From NCBI GenBank assembly GCA_965247115.1, contig CBDFGR010000003.1, forward strand, positions 1,760,001 through 1,824,000: a stretch of 64,000 bases of DNA, read 5' to 3'. A program made the position numbers and the translations under genes. Each line of letters starts with the position of its first letter. Position 1 is the first letter of the stretch. The notes beneath the pieces were generated by a model. It searched no databases and had not been told where the DNA came from. It worked only from the letters and a program-made list of their open reading frames with translations. Origin of the DNA: Myxococcota bacterium (lineage in GTDB: Bacteria; Myxococcota_A; UBA9160; SZUA-336). Positions 50,000-59,576 of the stretch are shown here, piece after piece.

Positions 50000-50509
50000 A
50001 TGAATCCAGCATTCATCTGGTACTGGAAGCGTCGCTGTGCTGGCGACGCCTCGTGTGGCACATACGCGGGCGCGGGCGAGTGGGGTTCGCAGGCCAGGGA
50101 GGGAAGACACGGGTCCGCCGAGGCGTTCCACTTCTCGAGTCGCCACCACGACCCGGTCTTCGGAAGCGGGGGCGTCGGGGTCCGGCGACCGCTTCGCTTT
50201 CTCAGCTTTCGACTGGACCTGTCCGAGCGGCAGATAGGCGAGGTGGCGAAGATCCTGGAGGGTCTCAAGATCGAGCGGGCGCAGGCAGAGGTCGACCTCA
50301 GGCGCGCGGCCTCCGACCTGGCGGATGCCCTCGAGTCCGCGGAGTTCGGCCGCACCAGTAGCGATTCGGCTCGGAGCCGACGCATGGAGGCCGCGCGGCG
50401 AGTGCAGGACACCGTCTCCACAGCCGTGGAGCGGCTTCACGAGCTCCTGGACGCGGAGCAACGTGAGGAGCTCGCCCGCCTGGTACGGAGTGGCGCGATC
50501 AAAATCTGA
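50000..50509 (+). CDS. Spy/CpxP-like helical protein
   Basis: GGAG RBS; RLDLSERQ...LHELLDAEQR (LTxxQ-like motifs). Confidence 0.6.
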   Translation: MNPAFIWYWKRRCAGDASCGTYAGAGEWGSQAREGRHGSAEAFHFSSRHHDPVFGSGGVGVRRPLRFLSFRLDLSERQIGEVAKILEGLKIERAQAEVDLRRAASDLADALESAEFGRTSSDSARSRRMEAARRVQDTVSTAVERLHELLDAEQREELARLVRSGAIKI

Positions 50510-50604
50510 GGCCACGGGTGGCGCGGGTCCTGCCAGTCTCAACAGTCCTCCGGGGCTGGCCGATGATCTGAAGCGTGGGAGATTCGGGCAGGGTCAGGGA
50601 GAAG

Positions 50605-51081
50605 GTGAGCTTTCAGTCTGCCCCGATCCCGATCCTGCTCGGGGTCGGGGCCCTCGTCTGCTGTGTGTTCACGAGCAGCGTTGTCGCTTGGCTCGGCGTG
50701 CAGGATCTGCTGATCAGTCGCAGCACGAGCGCGTGGCCAGCCACACGCGGCGTGGTGACCTCCGCGACCGTCCACTCGACAGGCTCCCTCTCATCCCAGG
50801 CCAGCGTTCGCTACCGCTACAGCGTCGGACGGAGGAGCTACGAGGCGAGTCGCGTAGCCTTCGGTCCTGGATCCGGCTCCGCGGTCGAGCTCATGAGAAA
50901 GTACAGCACCGGCACGGAGGTCTCCGTCCACTACGACTCGGACCAGCCGGGTCGAGCGGTCCTCGAGCCCGGCGGCTCGGTTCTCCGCATGGGGGCGGCC
51001 TTCTATGTGTCGATCGTCTCTATCCTCGCCACGCTGGGGGGCCTCGGCTGGATCATTCCGAGGGTGTCCTGGCGCGAGTGA
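50605..51081 (+). CDS. DUF3592 membrane protein
   Basis: TM, WPATRGVV, YRYSVG..Y, VSVHYD..PGRAVLE, TM. Confidence 0.72.
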   Translation: MSFQSAPIPILLGVGALVCCVFTSSVVAWLGVQDLLISRSTSAWPATRGVVTSATVHSTGSLSSQASVRYRYSVGRRSYEASRVAFGPGSGSAVELMRKYSTGTEVSVHYDSDQPGRAVLEPGGSVLRMGAAFYVSIVSILATLGGLGWIIPRVSWRE

Positions 51082-51142
51082 GACAGCGGGCGCTGCAGGC
51101 GCGATTTGACAGGGCCCGGGCGGACGCGTAAGCCCCGATCCC

Positions 51143-52315
51143 ATGGGCGTGCAGTTCGCATCTCGCGTGGAGCTGGTGGAGCCCTTCCTTGCGATGGAGG
51201 TGATGGAGCGCGCCCTCGAGCTCGAGCGCGAAGGTGCTCACATCATCCACCTGGAGGTGGGGGAGCCGGACTTTCCCCCTCCCGCCGAAGCGTCCGCGGC
51301 CTGCGAGCGCGCGCTACGCGCGGGCGAGACGCGCTACACCGATAGCCGCGGGTTGGCGGAGCTGCGCGAGGCCATCGCCCTCGATCACGAACGCCGCGCA
51401 GGCGTGCATGTGTCGCCGGACCGGATTCTGGTGACGAACGGCACGTCGTCGGCGATGCTGCTCGTCTTCTCGCTGCTGGTCTCCCCGGGAGACGAGGTCA
51501 TCCTGCCCTCTCCGCACTACGCGTGCTATCCGGGCTTCATCCACGTCGCCGGCGGGGTTCCGGTCGTGGTTCCGACTCGGGCCGAAGAGGCGTATCGGGT
51601 GGATGTGGCGGCGATCGAGCGAGTCATCACCCCCAGGACCCGTGCAATCGTGCTCGGGTCGCCGGCAAATCCCACGGGCGCGGTGCAGAGCGAGAGCACG
51701 CTCCGCCAGCTGGTCGGGCTCGGGCTGCCTTTGATCTCCGACGAGATCTACAGCGGCATCTGCTACGACGGGAGCGAGCAGTCCGCGCTCCCCCTGGGAG
51801 ACCAGGTCTTCATCCTGGACGGGTTCTCGAAGCGCTACGCGATGACCGGCTTCCGGCTGGGCTACGTGATCGCGCCCGAGTCCGCGCTGCGCCCGCTGCA
51901 GACCCTGGCGCAGAACCTGTTCATCTCGGCGAACTCCTTCGTGCAGCGAGCGGGGATCGCGGCGCTCGAGCACGGGGCCGCGACCCTCGAGCGCATGCGC
52001 GAGACCTACGTGCGCAGACGCGACACCATGCTCCAGGGTCTGCGCGAGATCGGCTTTGTGGTCCCGACCGAGCCCGCCGGAGCCTTCTACGTTTTTGCGG
52101 ATGCGCGCGCCTTCACCTCTGATTCCCGCGCGCTTGCGTTCGACCTGCTCGAGCGGGCACGCGTCGCGGCTACCCCAGGCATCGACTTTGGCGAGGCGGG
52201 CGAGGGCTGGCTGCGCTTCTCGTACGCGGCTTCGGACGAGGACATTCGAGAGGGTCTCGAGCGTATCGCCGCGGTGCTCCCGCGGTTCATGGATAGGGAA
52301 GGACGACGGAGGTGA
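51143..52315 (+). CDS. Class I/II PLP-dependent aminotransferase
   Basis: GEPDF, SPANPTG, ISDEIY, GFSKRYAMTGFRLG. Confidence 0.92.
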   Translation: MGVQFASRVELVEPFLAMEVMERALELEREGAHIIHLEVGEPDFPPPAEASAACERALRAGETRYTDSRGLAELREAIALDHERRAGVHVSPDRILVTNGTSSAMLLVFSLLVSPGDEVILPSPHYACYPGFIHVAGGVPVVVPTRAEEAYRVDVAAIERVITPRTRAIVLGSPANPTGAVQSESTLRQLVGLGLPLISDEIYSGICYDGSEQSALPLGDQVFILDGFSKRYAMTGFRLGYVIAPESALRPLQTLAQNLFISANSFVQRAGIAALEHGAATLERMRETYVRRRDTMLQGLREIGFVVPTEPAGAFYVFADARAFTSDSRALAFDLLERARVAATPGIDFGEAGEGWLRFSYAASDEDIREGLERIAAVLPRFMDREGRRR

Positions 52316-53163
52316 AGGCGACGGGACCGAATGTGGAGCAAGTGGAGTTCTGGAACTCCCGAGCGGGGACGACGTGGGTCGAAGTGCAGTCCCGCATTGA
52401 TGCGCAGCTCGAGCCACTGGGCACGACCGCGATCGAACGTGCCGCGGTTCGTCCCGGGGAGACGGTACTCGACGTAGGTTGCGGTTGCGGCCAGGCGACG
52501 CTGCAGCTTGCAGAGCGCGTCGGGCCGACGGGCTCTGCGACGGGGATCGACATCTCGCGACCGATGCTCGCGCGTGCAAGGGAGCGCGCGAACGAGAACG
52601 CCGTCCAGGTGGAGTTCCTGGAGGGCGACGCGCAGACTGAGGCTCTCCCGCGCGATCACTTCGACCTGATCTTCTCCCGCTACGGGGTGATGTTCTTCGC
52701 CGATCCCAGCGCCGCCTTCGCGAATCTGCGCAGGGCGCTAAAACCGAGAGGACGGCTCGTTTTCATCTGCTGGCAAGAGCTTGGCAAGAATCCATGGCTA
52801 GGGGAATCCATGCGCGTCGTGCTCGAGCACGTGCCTCCGCCGGAACCCTCGGCCCCCGGTGCGCCGGGGCCCTTTGCTCTGGCCGACGCCGAGCGAGTTC
52901 GGCGCATTCTCGAAGCGGCCGGTTTCGAGCAGGTCGAGCTCGAGCCCCTCGAACGCTTGATCTCCGTCGGAGGCGGCGGGAGCTTGGAAGACGCGACCGG
53001 CTTCGCAATGCGGATCGGACCCGCGGCCAGATTGCTGCAAGATGCCAGCAAGGACCTGCGTGAACGTGTACGCGAGTCTATGACGCGGGTGCTCTCTGCC
53101 GCATGGGACGGGGAGAGCGTGAGCATGGGAAGTGCGAGCTGGATCGTCTCCGCGGGTAACTGA
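52312..53163 (+). CDS. Class I SAM-dependent methyltransferase
   Basis: VLDVGCGCG, SRYGVMFFADP, PGPFALAD. Confidence 0.9.
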   Translation: MKATGPNVEQVEFWNSRAGTTWVEVQSRIDAQLEPLGTTAIERAAVRPGETVLDVGCGCGQATLQLAERVGPTGSATGIDISRPMLARARERANENAVQVEFLEGDAQTEALPRDHFDLIFSRYGVMFFADPSAAFANLRRALKPRGRLVFICWQELGKNPWLGESMRVVLEHVPPPEPSAPGAPGPFALADAERVRRILEAAGFEQVELEPLERLISVGGGGSLEDATGFAMRIGPAARLLQDASKDLRERVRESMTRVLSAAWDGESVSMGSASWIVSAGN

Positions 53164-53240
53164 GCCGACCAAACAAAAGCTATAATCCGCGGGCCAATCG
53201 GCTGGAGGCGGGGTAGGGCGGTGCAGAGGTTTCCGGGGCC

Positions 53241-54611
53241 GTGACGACAGGGCCGTCGCAGACGAGTGTCGAGGCCGTCAAGGTCGATAGCTACCTCGTC
53301 TTTCTATTCCTGCTGCTATCCACCGCGACGCTCTTCGAAGGGTTCGACGCGGGCATGCTGGGCTTCGCCTCACCCGAGACGCGTGCCAACCTCGACATCA
53401 GCCTCGCCGAGTGGGGCTTCGTGAATGGCATCATCCGTCTCGGCGTCGTGCTCTCGTTCTTCTTCCTGCTCTATGCCGATCGCTGGGGCCGCCGCACGAT
53501 GATGATGATCACGGTCCTCGGCTTCGCGACCTTCACCGGCCTGACCGCCTTTGTGACCGACAAGTGGGCGTTCATGCTCTGCCAGTTCGGTTCCCGACTG
53601 TTCCTGACGGCCGAGTACTCGCTCGCCGTGATCATGATCAGCGAGGAGTATCCCGCTCGACTGCGCGGCCGTGCGATCGCCATCCTCACCAGCCTGGCCA
53701 CCGTCGGGGTCATGACCATCGCCAAGACCCAGCCCTACGTGCTGCTCGAACCGGGCGCCGAGGGGAACTGGCTTCACACGCTCGGCTCGACCATCGTCGC
53801 GTACGGGCAGACCTACCTGGGCCAAACCGTAGACGGGGAGAACTGGCGGGCGCTCTATGCTCTCGGCCTGATGCCCCTCGTGCTCGTGCTCTTTCTCCGT
53901 CTCGCCATGCGCGAGACCCGCCGCTTCGAGGCAACGCGCCTGGCGAGACCGTCAAGGGGTCGTGTGAGCTTTCGCGAGATGTGGGAAGCCGCAACGATTC
54001 CCTGGCGGCCGGAGTATCTGAGGAGAACAGCGGTAGTTGCTCTGCTCTGGAACTGCGTATTCGTCGTGATCGGCCCGTCGGTTGTCTTCTGGTTCATCTT
54101 TGCGCGCGAGGAAATCGGCCTGACCCCGGCGCAGGTCGGCGATATCGTGTTCTGGGGTTATGGTGGCGGTGTGGCCGGCCACTTCGTCGCGGGCTGGCTG
54201 ATCGATCTCATTGGGCGCAAGTACACGTGCTCGGGCTTCTACATCCTGGCCGCGATCTGCATCTTCTTCCTGTTCCAGATCACGAGCCTCGGGGGGCAGT
54301 ACTTCTGGATGATTACGACGGTATTCTGTTTCGGCGCGGCCAACACGTCGACCCACGTGTACGCCTCGGAGCTGTTCCCGACGGAGATCCGTGCGACGGG
54401 CTACGGCTGGACAACGAACGTGGTCGGACGCGTCACGGAAGTCGTCACCCCGATGGTGATCGGGCTCTTGATCATTCCGCTCGGCATGTCGTGGTCGATC
54501 GGCGTGGTTGCGATCGGTCCCATCCTGGGCGCGCTGCTCGTTCTGCGCTATGCGCCCGAGACAAAGGGAATGACGCTCGAAGAGGTCGCGGAGCAGCTGT
54601 CTGCTGACTAG
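53241..54611 (+). CDS. MFS transporter
   Basis: ADRWGRR, EEYPARLRG, DLIGRK, SELFPTEIRATG, PETKG; about 12 TMs. Confidence 0.92.
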   Translation: MTTGPSQTSVEAVKVDSYLVFLFLLLSTATLFEGFDAGMLGFASPETRANLDISLAEWGFVNGIIRLGVVLSFFFLLYADRWGRRTMMMITVLGFATFTGLTAFVTDKWAFMLCQFGSRLFLTAEYSLAVIMISEEYPARLRGRAIAILTSLATVGVMTIAKTQPYVLLEPGAEGNWLHTLGSTIVAYGQTYLGQTVDGENWRALYALGLMPLVLVLFLRLAMRETRRFEATRLARPSRGRVSFREMWEAATIPWRPEYLRRTAVVALLWNCVFVVIGPSVVFWFIFAREEIGLTPAQVGDIVFWGYGGGVAGHFVAGWLIDLIGRKYTCSGFYILAAICIFFLFQITSLGGQYFWMITTVFCFGAANTSTHVYASELFPTEIRATGYGWTTNVVGRVTEVVTPMVIGLLIIPLGMSWSIGVVAIGPILGALLVLRYAPETKGMTLEEVAEQLSAD

Positions 54612-54671
54612 CAACAGGTGGAAGCGCCGCGGCGAGTACGGGCTCGACGCGCACCTGTGAGGGGGCTGGCC

Positions 54672-55580
54672 TTGAGCTCCGAACCAGAGCTTGTATTGGC
54701 CGTCCATGCGGGGGCCGGCCGCATCGACCCGGACGCCTCGCGGCGGCAGGCGCAGACCGAAGGGCTCAGGCGTAGCCTGGAGGTCGGGCGCGAGCTGCTG
54801 GTGGCAGGCGGCTCCGCACTGGACGTAGTCGAGCGGGCGGTGCGCGAGCTGGAAGATTGCGCAGAGTTCAATGCGGGTCGCGGCTCTGTGCTGACGGCGG
54901 AAGGCAGCATCGAGATGGATGCGGCGATCGCGAGTGGCAGCGGCAGAGCGGGTGGGGTTGCGGCTCTGCGTCGCGTGCGAAATCCGATCGTCGCTGCCCG
55001 CGCCGTGCTCGAGCACGGCTCCCATCTCTTGATTGCTGGGGCGGGAGCGGAGGACTTCGCGCGTGCGAGCGGAATCGAGCTCTGCCCCGAGTCTGCACTC
55101 GAGACGGAGTATCGGCGCGGACAGCTGGAGGCAGCGCGGGTCGCTGGTCGAGTGATCCTGGACCACGAGGACGTGTCGGGTGGCACGGTGGGCGCCGTCG
55201 CCCGCGATACCAGGGGCGAGCTGGCCGCAGCCACCTCGACCGGGGGGATGACAAACCAGCTCCCAGGTCGCGTAGGTGACACCCCGCTGATCGGCGCCGG
55301 GACGTGGGCAGACGATGCGACTTGTGCGGTTTCCGGAACGGGCTCGGGCGAGGCCTTCATGCGGACTGCCTTTGCCCACGAGATCGACGCGCTCGTACGC
55401 CTGGCCGGACAATCGCTCGAAGAAGCGTGTCAGCATGCCCTCGACCGCGTCGGCTCGGTCGGCGCCAGCGGCGGCTGCATTGCCGTGGGTCCAACCGGCC
55501 CGCCGGTTCTTCTCTACAACACGCGGGACATGGCGCGCGGCCAGCTCGACTCCTCCGGCCACCCGGACGTCCGGATCTAG
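54672..55580 (+). CDS. iaaA: Isoaspartyl peptidase / L-asparaginase (Ntn hydrolase)
   Basis: VHAGAG, FNAGRGS, GTVGAVA, ATSTGG, GRVGDTP, SGTGSGE; start uncertain (54618, 54657 or 54672). Confidence 0.85.
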   Translation: MSSEPELVLAVHAGAGRIDPDASRRQAQTEGLRRSLEVGRELLVAGGSALDVVERAVRELEDCAEFNAGRGSVLTAEGSIEMDAAIASGSGRAGGVAALRRVRNPIVAARAVLEHGSHLLIAGAGAEDFARASGIELCPESALETEYRRGQLEAARVAGRVILDHEDVSGGTVGAVARDTRGELAAATSTGGMTNQLPGRVGDTPLIGAGTWADDATCAVSGTGSGEAFMRTAFAHEIDALVRLAGQSLEEACQHALDRVGSVGASGGCIAVGPTGPPVLLYNTRDMARGQLDSSGHPDVRI

Positions 55581-55585
55581 CTGTT

Positions 55586-55625
55586 CTTGCGGGTCCGGGC
55601 CGCGGGCCACCGCCTCCGCTCAGGG
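55586..55625 (+). repeat. Truncated copy of dispersed palindromic element between convergent genes
   Basis: CTTGCGGGTCCGGGCCGCGGGCCACCGCCTCCGCTCAGGG. Confidence 0.65.
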
Positions 55626-55632
55626 TGCCTGT

Positions 55633-56832
55633 CTAGACGGTCTCGAGCGGCGGGAGGTCGAGCGCTTCGCGGTACGTGTTGTGGTAGTGGTGGAGAGCCG
55701 GCTCGTTGCGCCCGAAGATCAGGTACTCCTGCGCGCCGGAGAGGGCACCACGGTGGCCGCTCGCGGCTGCGACGTAGTCCTCATTCTGGATGACGCTCGC
55801 GAATCTCTCCATGCGAGTGGCGAGCAACTCCTCGACGCTCATGTTGCTGCGCGCTGCAAAGGCCCTGGCGGACTCGTTCTCCACCATCTCAGGATAGATG
55901 TAAAAGCCGATCTGCGAGAAGCTCTGGTGCGGGTTTGCGCTTTCGGGATAGACGCGAACCAGCGTCGGTCCGGCCGCGCCTACGATGAGCTGTACGTTCG
56001 GGAGCAGGTAGTAGACGAGGAGCGAGCCGTGCAGGACGTTCCACTCGTCCTGGGGCTTTGTCCGGAGGTCGTCGATGGTCTTCATGCACAACGCCATACG
56101 GTGGTTGCGCCCGTACCTGTCATACATCTGCACGTTGCCGTAGAAGTCGTTCGCGAGCGAATTCCTGTGCAGCCTATTGAAGTGGTAGGTCTCGCCGAAT
56201 GTGTCGATGGCGAGCTTCCAGTTCATGGCGTGGCCGTAGCGCGTGCCGCCGTGTCGGACGCAGCGCTCGAGCCCCCACGACGCCAGCTCGGGACCGAGGT
56301 CTCCGAGCAGCGTGTCGACGTCGAGCGTCCCCTGCGGATCGGTCGATACCCAGAGCAGACCGTGTCGTTCGACCGCGGGCAGCGCTACCAGCGAGTGGCA
56401 CTCCCGGTCGACCTTCCCGAAGTGTCTCTCCTTCGGAACGCCCACGAGAGCGCCCTGGTGGTCGTAGGTCCAGGCGTGGAAAGGGCACTGGAACAGCTTC
56501 TTCTTGCCGCGACTCTCGTCTTCCACGATCGTGCCCCGGTGCCGGCACACGTTCAGGAAGGCCCGGAAGACGCCGTCGTCTGCGCGCGTGCACAGGATCG
56601 GCTTGCCCAGGTCGTTCGAGGTGAAGAAGGAGCGAGGCTCAGGCAGATCCACCGAGAGCCCGAGCACGTGCGCGTGACCCTGGAAGAAGCCGTTCCACTC
56701 GCGCGCGGCCATATCACCGCACGTGTAGCTCGACACCGGGTTCCGCACCTGGCGGCCGGCGTCCACGTTGGTGTCGTCGTCCAGGTGCTTCATGAGTCCG
56801 CTGATCACGCGGACTTGCTCTTCTCGTCGCAT
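55633..56832 (-). CDS. Rieske non-heme iron oxygenase alpha subunit
   Basis: NVCRHRG, CPFHAWTY, NWKLAIDTFGETYHFNRLH, NED. Confidence 0.9.
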   Translation of the reverse strand: MRREEQVRVISGLMKHLDDDTNVDAGRQVRNPVSSYTCGDMAAREWNGFFQGHAHVLGLSVDLPEPRSFFTSNDLGKPILCTRADDGVFRAFLNVCRHRGTIVEDESRGKKKLFQCPFHAWTYDHQGALVGVPKERHFGKVDRECHSLVALPAVERHGLLWVSTDPQGTLDVDTLLGDLGPELASWGLERCVRHGGTRYGHAMNWKLAIDTFGETYHFNRLHRNSLANDFYGNVQMYDRYGRNHRMALCMKTIDDLRTKPQDEWNVLHGSLLVYYLLPNVQLIVGAAGPTLVRVYPESANPHQSFSQIGFYIYPEMVENESARAFAARSNMSVEELLATRMERFASVIQNEDYVAAASGHRGALSGAQEYLIFGRNEPALHHYHNTYREALDLPPLETV

Positions 56833-56907
56833 GCCTGATCCTCCAGGCGGATCTTACATCGTCCACGGGTGCGTCGGGCGGCCCTGGGGGGTACTTTGGC
56901 CGACTCG

Positions 56908-58047
56908 ATGGAGGAAGTCGCTCTCGTAGCTGGGCGGGCGACGCCCGAGGGGACGCGCCGCTACGCGGAGCGCTTTTCGGAGCTGCCAGGGCACTTTCGG
57001 AGTCCCGATCGACTGTCCCTGTCCTCGATCGGGCTGGGAACGAAGTCCGGCTCTCCCGCCGGCGTGGACGATCTGCTCTACCGGACGGCTGTGCCGTACG
57101 CGTTCGAGCGGGGTGTGAACGTGCTCGACACCGCGCTCTCGTACCGCATGATGGCGAGCGAGCGCGCCCTTGGTGCGGCTCTGGGACGGGCGTTCAGCGA
57201 GGGGGTGATCAGACGTGACGAAGTGTACGTGATCACCAAGGGCGGGTATCTGACGGTCGACCCGCGCAGCCCGTTCGTGGGCCGTGACGGGCGCCGCTAT
57301 CTGATCGAGACCTACCTGGACTCCGGCCTGGTCGATCCGGATGGCGTCGTGAACGGAATCCACGCTCTGGATCCCGAGTTTATTGCGGACCAGGTCGAAC
57401 GAAGCCGCCACAACCTCGGGCTCGAGACGGTCGATCTCTACTGCCTGCAGGAGCCCGAGCTGCAGCTGCTCGCCCGAGGCCCCGACGAATTCCGCGAGCT
57501 TCTCACCCGCGTCTTCGAGACCCTCGAACAAGCGGTCTCTCGCGGCGCGATCGCGGCCTACGGGTTGTCCACATGGAGCGGCTTGCTCACCTCGCACCTC
57601 GACCGGGGTCACCTGGCGGTCGTTGACCTGTTCCAGCTCGCGCTGGAGGTCGGCGGACCAGACAACCATTTGCGCGCGGTGCAGCTCCCCTACAGCCTGG
57701 CCATGGGAGAGGCCCAGGGGTTGAAGTCGCAGTTCGGCCCGGAGGGACAGACGGGCGTGCTCCAGAGCCTGCTCGATACGGGCACGACAGTCTTCACGAC
57801 GGTGCCCCTGGTTCAGGGCCGCGCCGTCCGCGGTCTTCCGGACTTCGTGCGGGAGGCCTTCCCCGAGCTCTTGAGCGACGCGCAGCGCTGTTTGCAGTTT
57901 GCGCGCAGCGCACCGGGCGTAACGACGACACTCGTCGGCATGCGGCAGACCGAGCACGTGGCCGAGAACCTGGCCGTCGCAGAGGTCGAGCCGGCGCCAG
58001 CGGACCTGATCGAGGATCTCTTCCGTCGCGCGCGTGCCGCAGCCTAG
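56908..58047 (+). CDS. Aldo/keto reductase
   Basis: SSIGLGT, NVLDTALSY, VITKGG, LGLETVDLY, TLVGM. Confidence 0.85.
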   Translation: MEEVALVAGRATPEGTRRYAERFSELPGHFRSPDRLSLSSIGLGTKSGSPAGVDDLLYRTAVPYAFERGVNVLDTALSYRMMASERALGAALGRAFSEGVIRRDEVYVITKGGYLTVDPRSPFVGRDGRRYLIETYLDSGLVDPDGVVNGIHALDPEFIADQVERSRHNLGLETVDLYCLQEPELQLLARGPDEFRELLTRVFETLEQAVSRGAIAAYGLSTWSGLLTSHLDRGHLAVVDLFQLALEVGGPDNHLRAVQLPYSLAMGEAQGLKSQFGPEGQTGVLQSLLDTGTTVFTTVPLVQGRAVRGLPDFVREAFPELLSDAQRCLQFARSAPGVTTTLVGMRQTEHVAENLAVAEVEPAPADLIEDLFRRARAAA

Positions 58048-58070
58048 TTGGCTGATCCACTCGACGGCCT

Positions 58071-58140
58071 ATGGAGCTCAGCGACACCCCCGAGGAGGAG
58101 TCGTTTCGAACCAGAGTGCGCAGCTGGCTCGAAGAGGGCG
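58071..58140 (+). pseudogene. N-terminal remnant of an acyl-CoA dehydrogenase
   Basis: MELSDTPEEESFRTRVRSWLEE resembles the start of the ACAD at 37909 (MDFTFTADEEVYRAEVRAWMVE); similarity then ends. Confidence 0.5.
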
Positions 58141-58302
58141 ATGCGCGCTTCCGGGGTCTGCGGAGCCCTGTGCGCGAGCGCCGTTCTGCAGGGGCTCTCG
58201 TGGCCGGGCTCGGCTCTCCGCGCGTTTCACACTCGATGCCAGCGGCAGATCCCGCCGCGTCCGTTGCCAACTGGCGGGCCGAGGCATTAGGGTCTCCTGC
58301 TC

Positions 58303-59574
58303 ATGAGGGAAAATAGCGCCACACAGGACCATGCGGCTTTGAGCTTGCGCTACGAGGAGGTTCGCCGCTGCACCGAAGAGCTCTGTCGGCCTCTCTCTCC
58401 GGAGGACTGCGGCGGCCAGTCGATGCCCGATGCGAGTCCGGTGAAATGGCACCTGGCCCACACCACGTGGTTCTTCGAGGTCCTTGTGCTCGAGCAGATC
58501 CTGCCCGGCTATCGCGAGTTCGACCCTGTCTTCCGAACGCTGTTCAACTCCTACTACAACGCCGTCGGCGAGCAGCACCCGAGACCCGGCCGTGGACTTC
58601 TGACACGTCCGCCGCTCGAGCAGGTGTTCGAGTACCGGGACTACGTGGACAAGCGGGTGCTCGGCTGTCTCGGCGGCGGCTACGACTCGTCTCACAAGCT
58701 GGCTCGGGTGGTGGAGCTGGGGCTGCACCACGAGCAGCAGCACCAGGAGCTTATCCTCACCGACATCAAGCACTTGTTCTCGTGCAACCCGCTGCGCCCG
58801 GCGTACTCGGACTGCCCCACGCTCCAGCAGCGCGAAGCAGGAGCGCTCGACTGGCTCGCGTATCCCGAGGGTGTGCGCGAGATCGGACACTCGGGTAGAG
58901 GCTTCGCGTTCGACAACGAGTCGCCACGGCATCGCGTCTTTACCGAGGCCTACGGGCTTGCGTCGCGGCCCAGCACGAACGCGGAATACCTCGAGTTCCT
59001 GCGGGACGACGGATACTCGAGGCCCGAGCTGTGGCTGTCCGACGGCTGGGACCGCGTGCAGCAGCTGGGCTGGGAGGCGCCTCTCTACTGGGAGCGCTCC
59101 GGAGTGGACTGGACACTCATGACGCTCGGAGGACTGCGCGACCTGCAGGGCGAAGAGCCCGTCTGCCATGTCAGCTATTACGAGGCGGACGCCTTCGCGC
59201 GCTGGGCGGGCGCTCGTCTGCCGAGCGAGGCAGAGTGGGAGCTCGCGGCCGCCGCGCTGCCCCGGGCCGGAAACTTCGCCGAGTCGGGCTTGCTCCATCC
59301 TGCGGTGGGCTCGGGCGCCGAGGGAGAGCCTCTGCAGCTCTTTGGCGACGTCTGGGAGTGGAGTGGGAGTGCGTACGCCCCCTACCCGGGCTTCCATCCC
59401 CTGGAAGGCGCTCTCGGCGAGTACAACGGCAAGTTCATGTCCAATCAAATGGTCCTGCGCGGGGGCTCGTGCGTGACCCCCGAGTCCCACGTCCGCGCGA
59501 CGTACAGGAACTTCTTCGCACCCGAGGCGCGCTGGCAATTCAGCGGGATCCGACTGGCGAGAGACCCGGGCTGA
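58303..59574 (+). CDS. egtB: Ergothioneine biosynthesis sulfoxide synthase
   Basis: SMPDASPVKWHLAHTTWFFE, FNSYY, HEQQHQEL, FGE-like domain RLPSEAEWE, GDVWEW, YRNFF. Confidence 0.9.
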   Translation: MRENSATQDHAALSLRYEEVRRCTEELCRPLSPEDCGGQSMPDASPVKWHLAHTTWFFEVLVLEQILPGYREFDPVFRTLFNSYYNAVGEQHPRPGRGLLTRPPLEQVFEYRDYVDKRVLGCLGGGYDSSHKLARVVELGLHHEQQHQELILTDIKHLFSCNPLRPAYSDCPTLQQREAGALDWLAYPEGVREIGHSGRGFAFDNESPRHRVFTEAYGLASRPSTNAEYLEFLRDDGYSRPELWLSDGWDRVQQLGWEAPLYWERSGVDWTLMTLGGLRDLQGEEPVCHVSYYEADAFARWAGARLPSEAEWELAAAALPRAGNFAESGLLHPAVGSGAEGEPLQLFGDVWEWSGSAYAPYPGFHPLEGALGEYNGKFMSNQMVLRGGSCVTPESHVRATYRNFFAPEARWQFSGIRLARDPG

Positions 59575-59576
59575 CA

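Noticed and set aside
58303..59574. Calling this gene selenoneine synthase senA
   Set aside because: Motifs are of the canonical EgtB type (SPVKWHLAHTTWFFE) and no senB or senC is adjacent.
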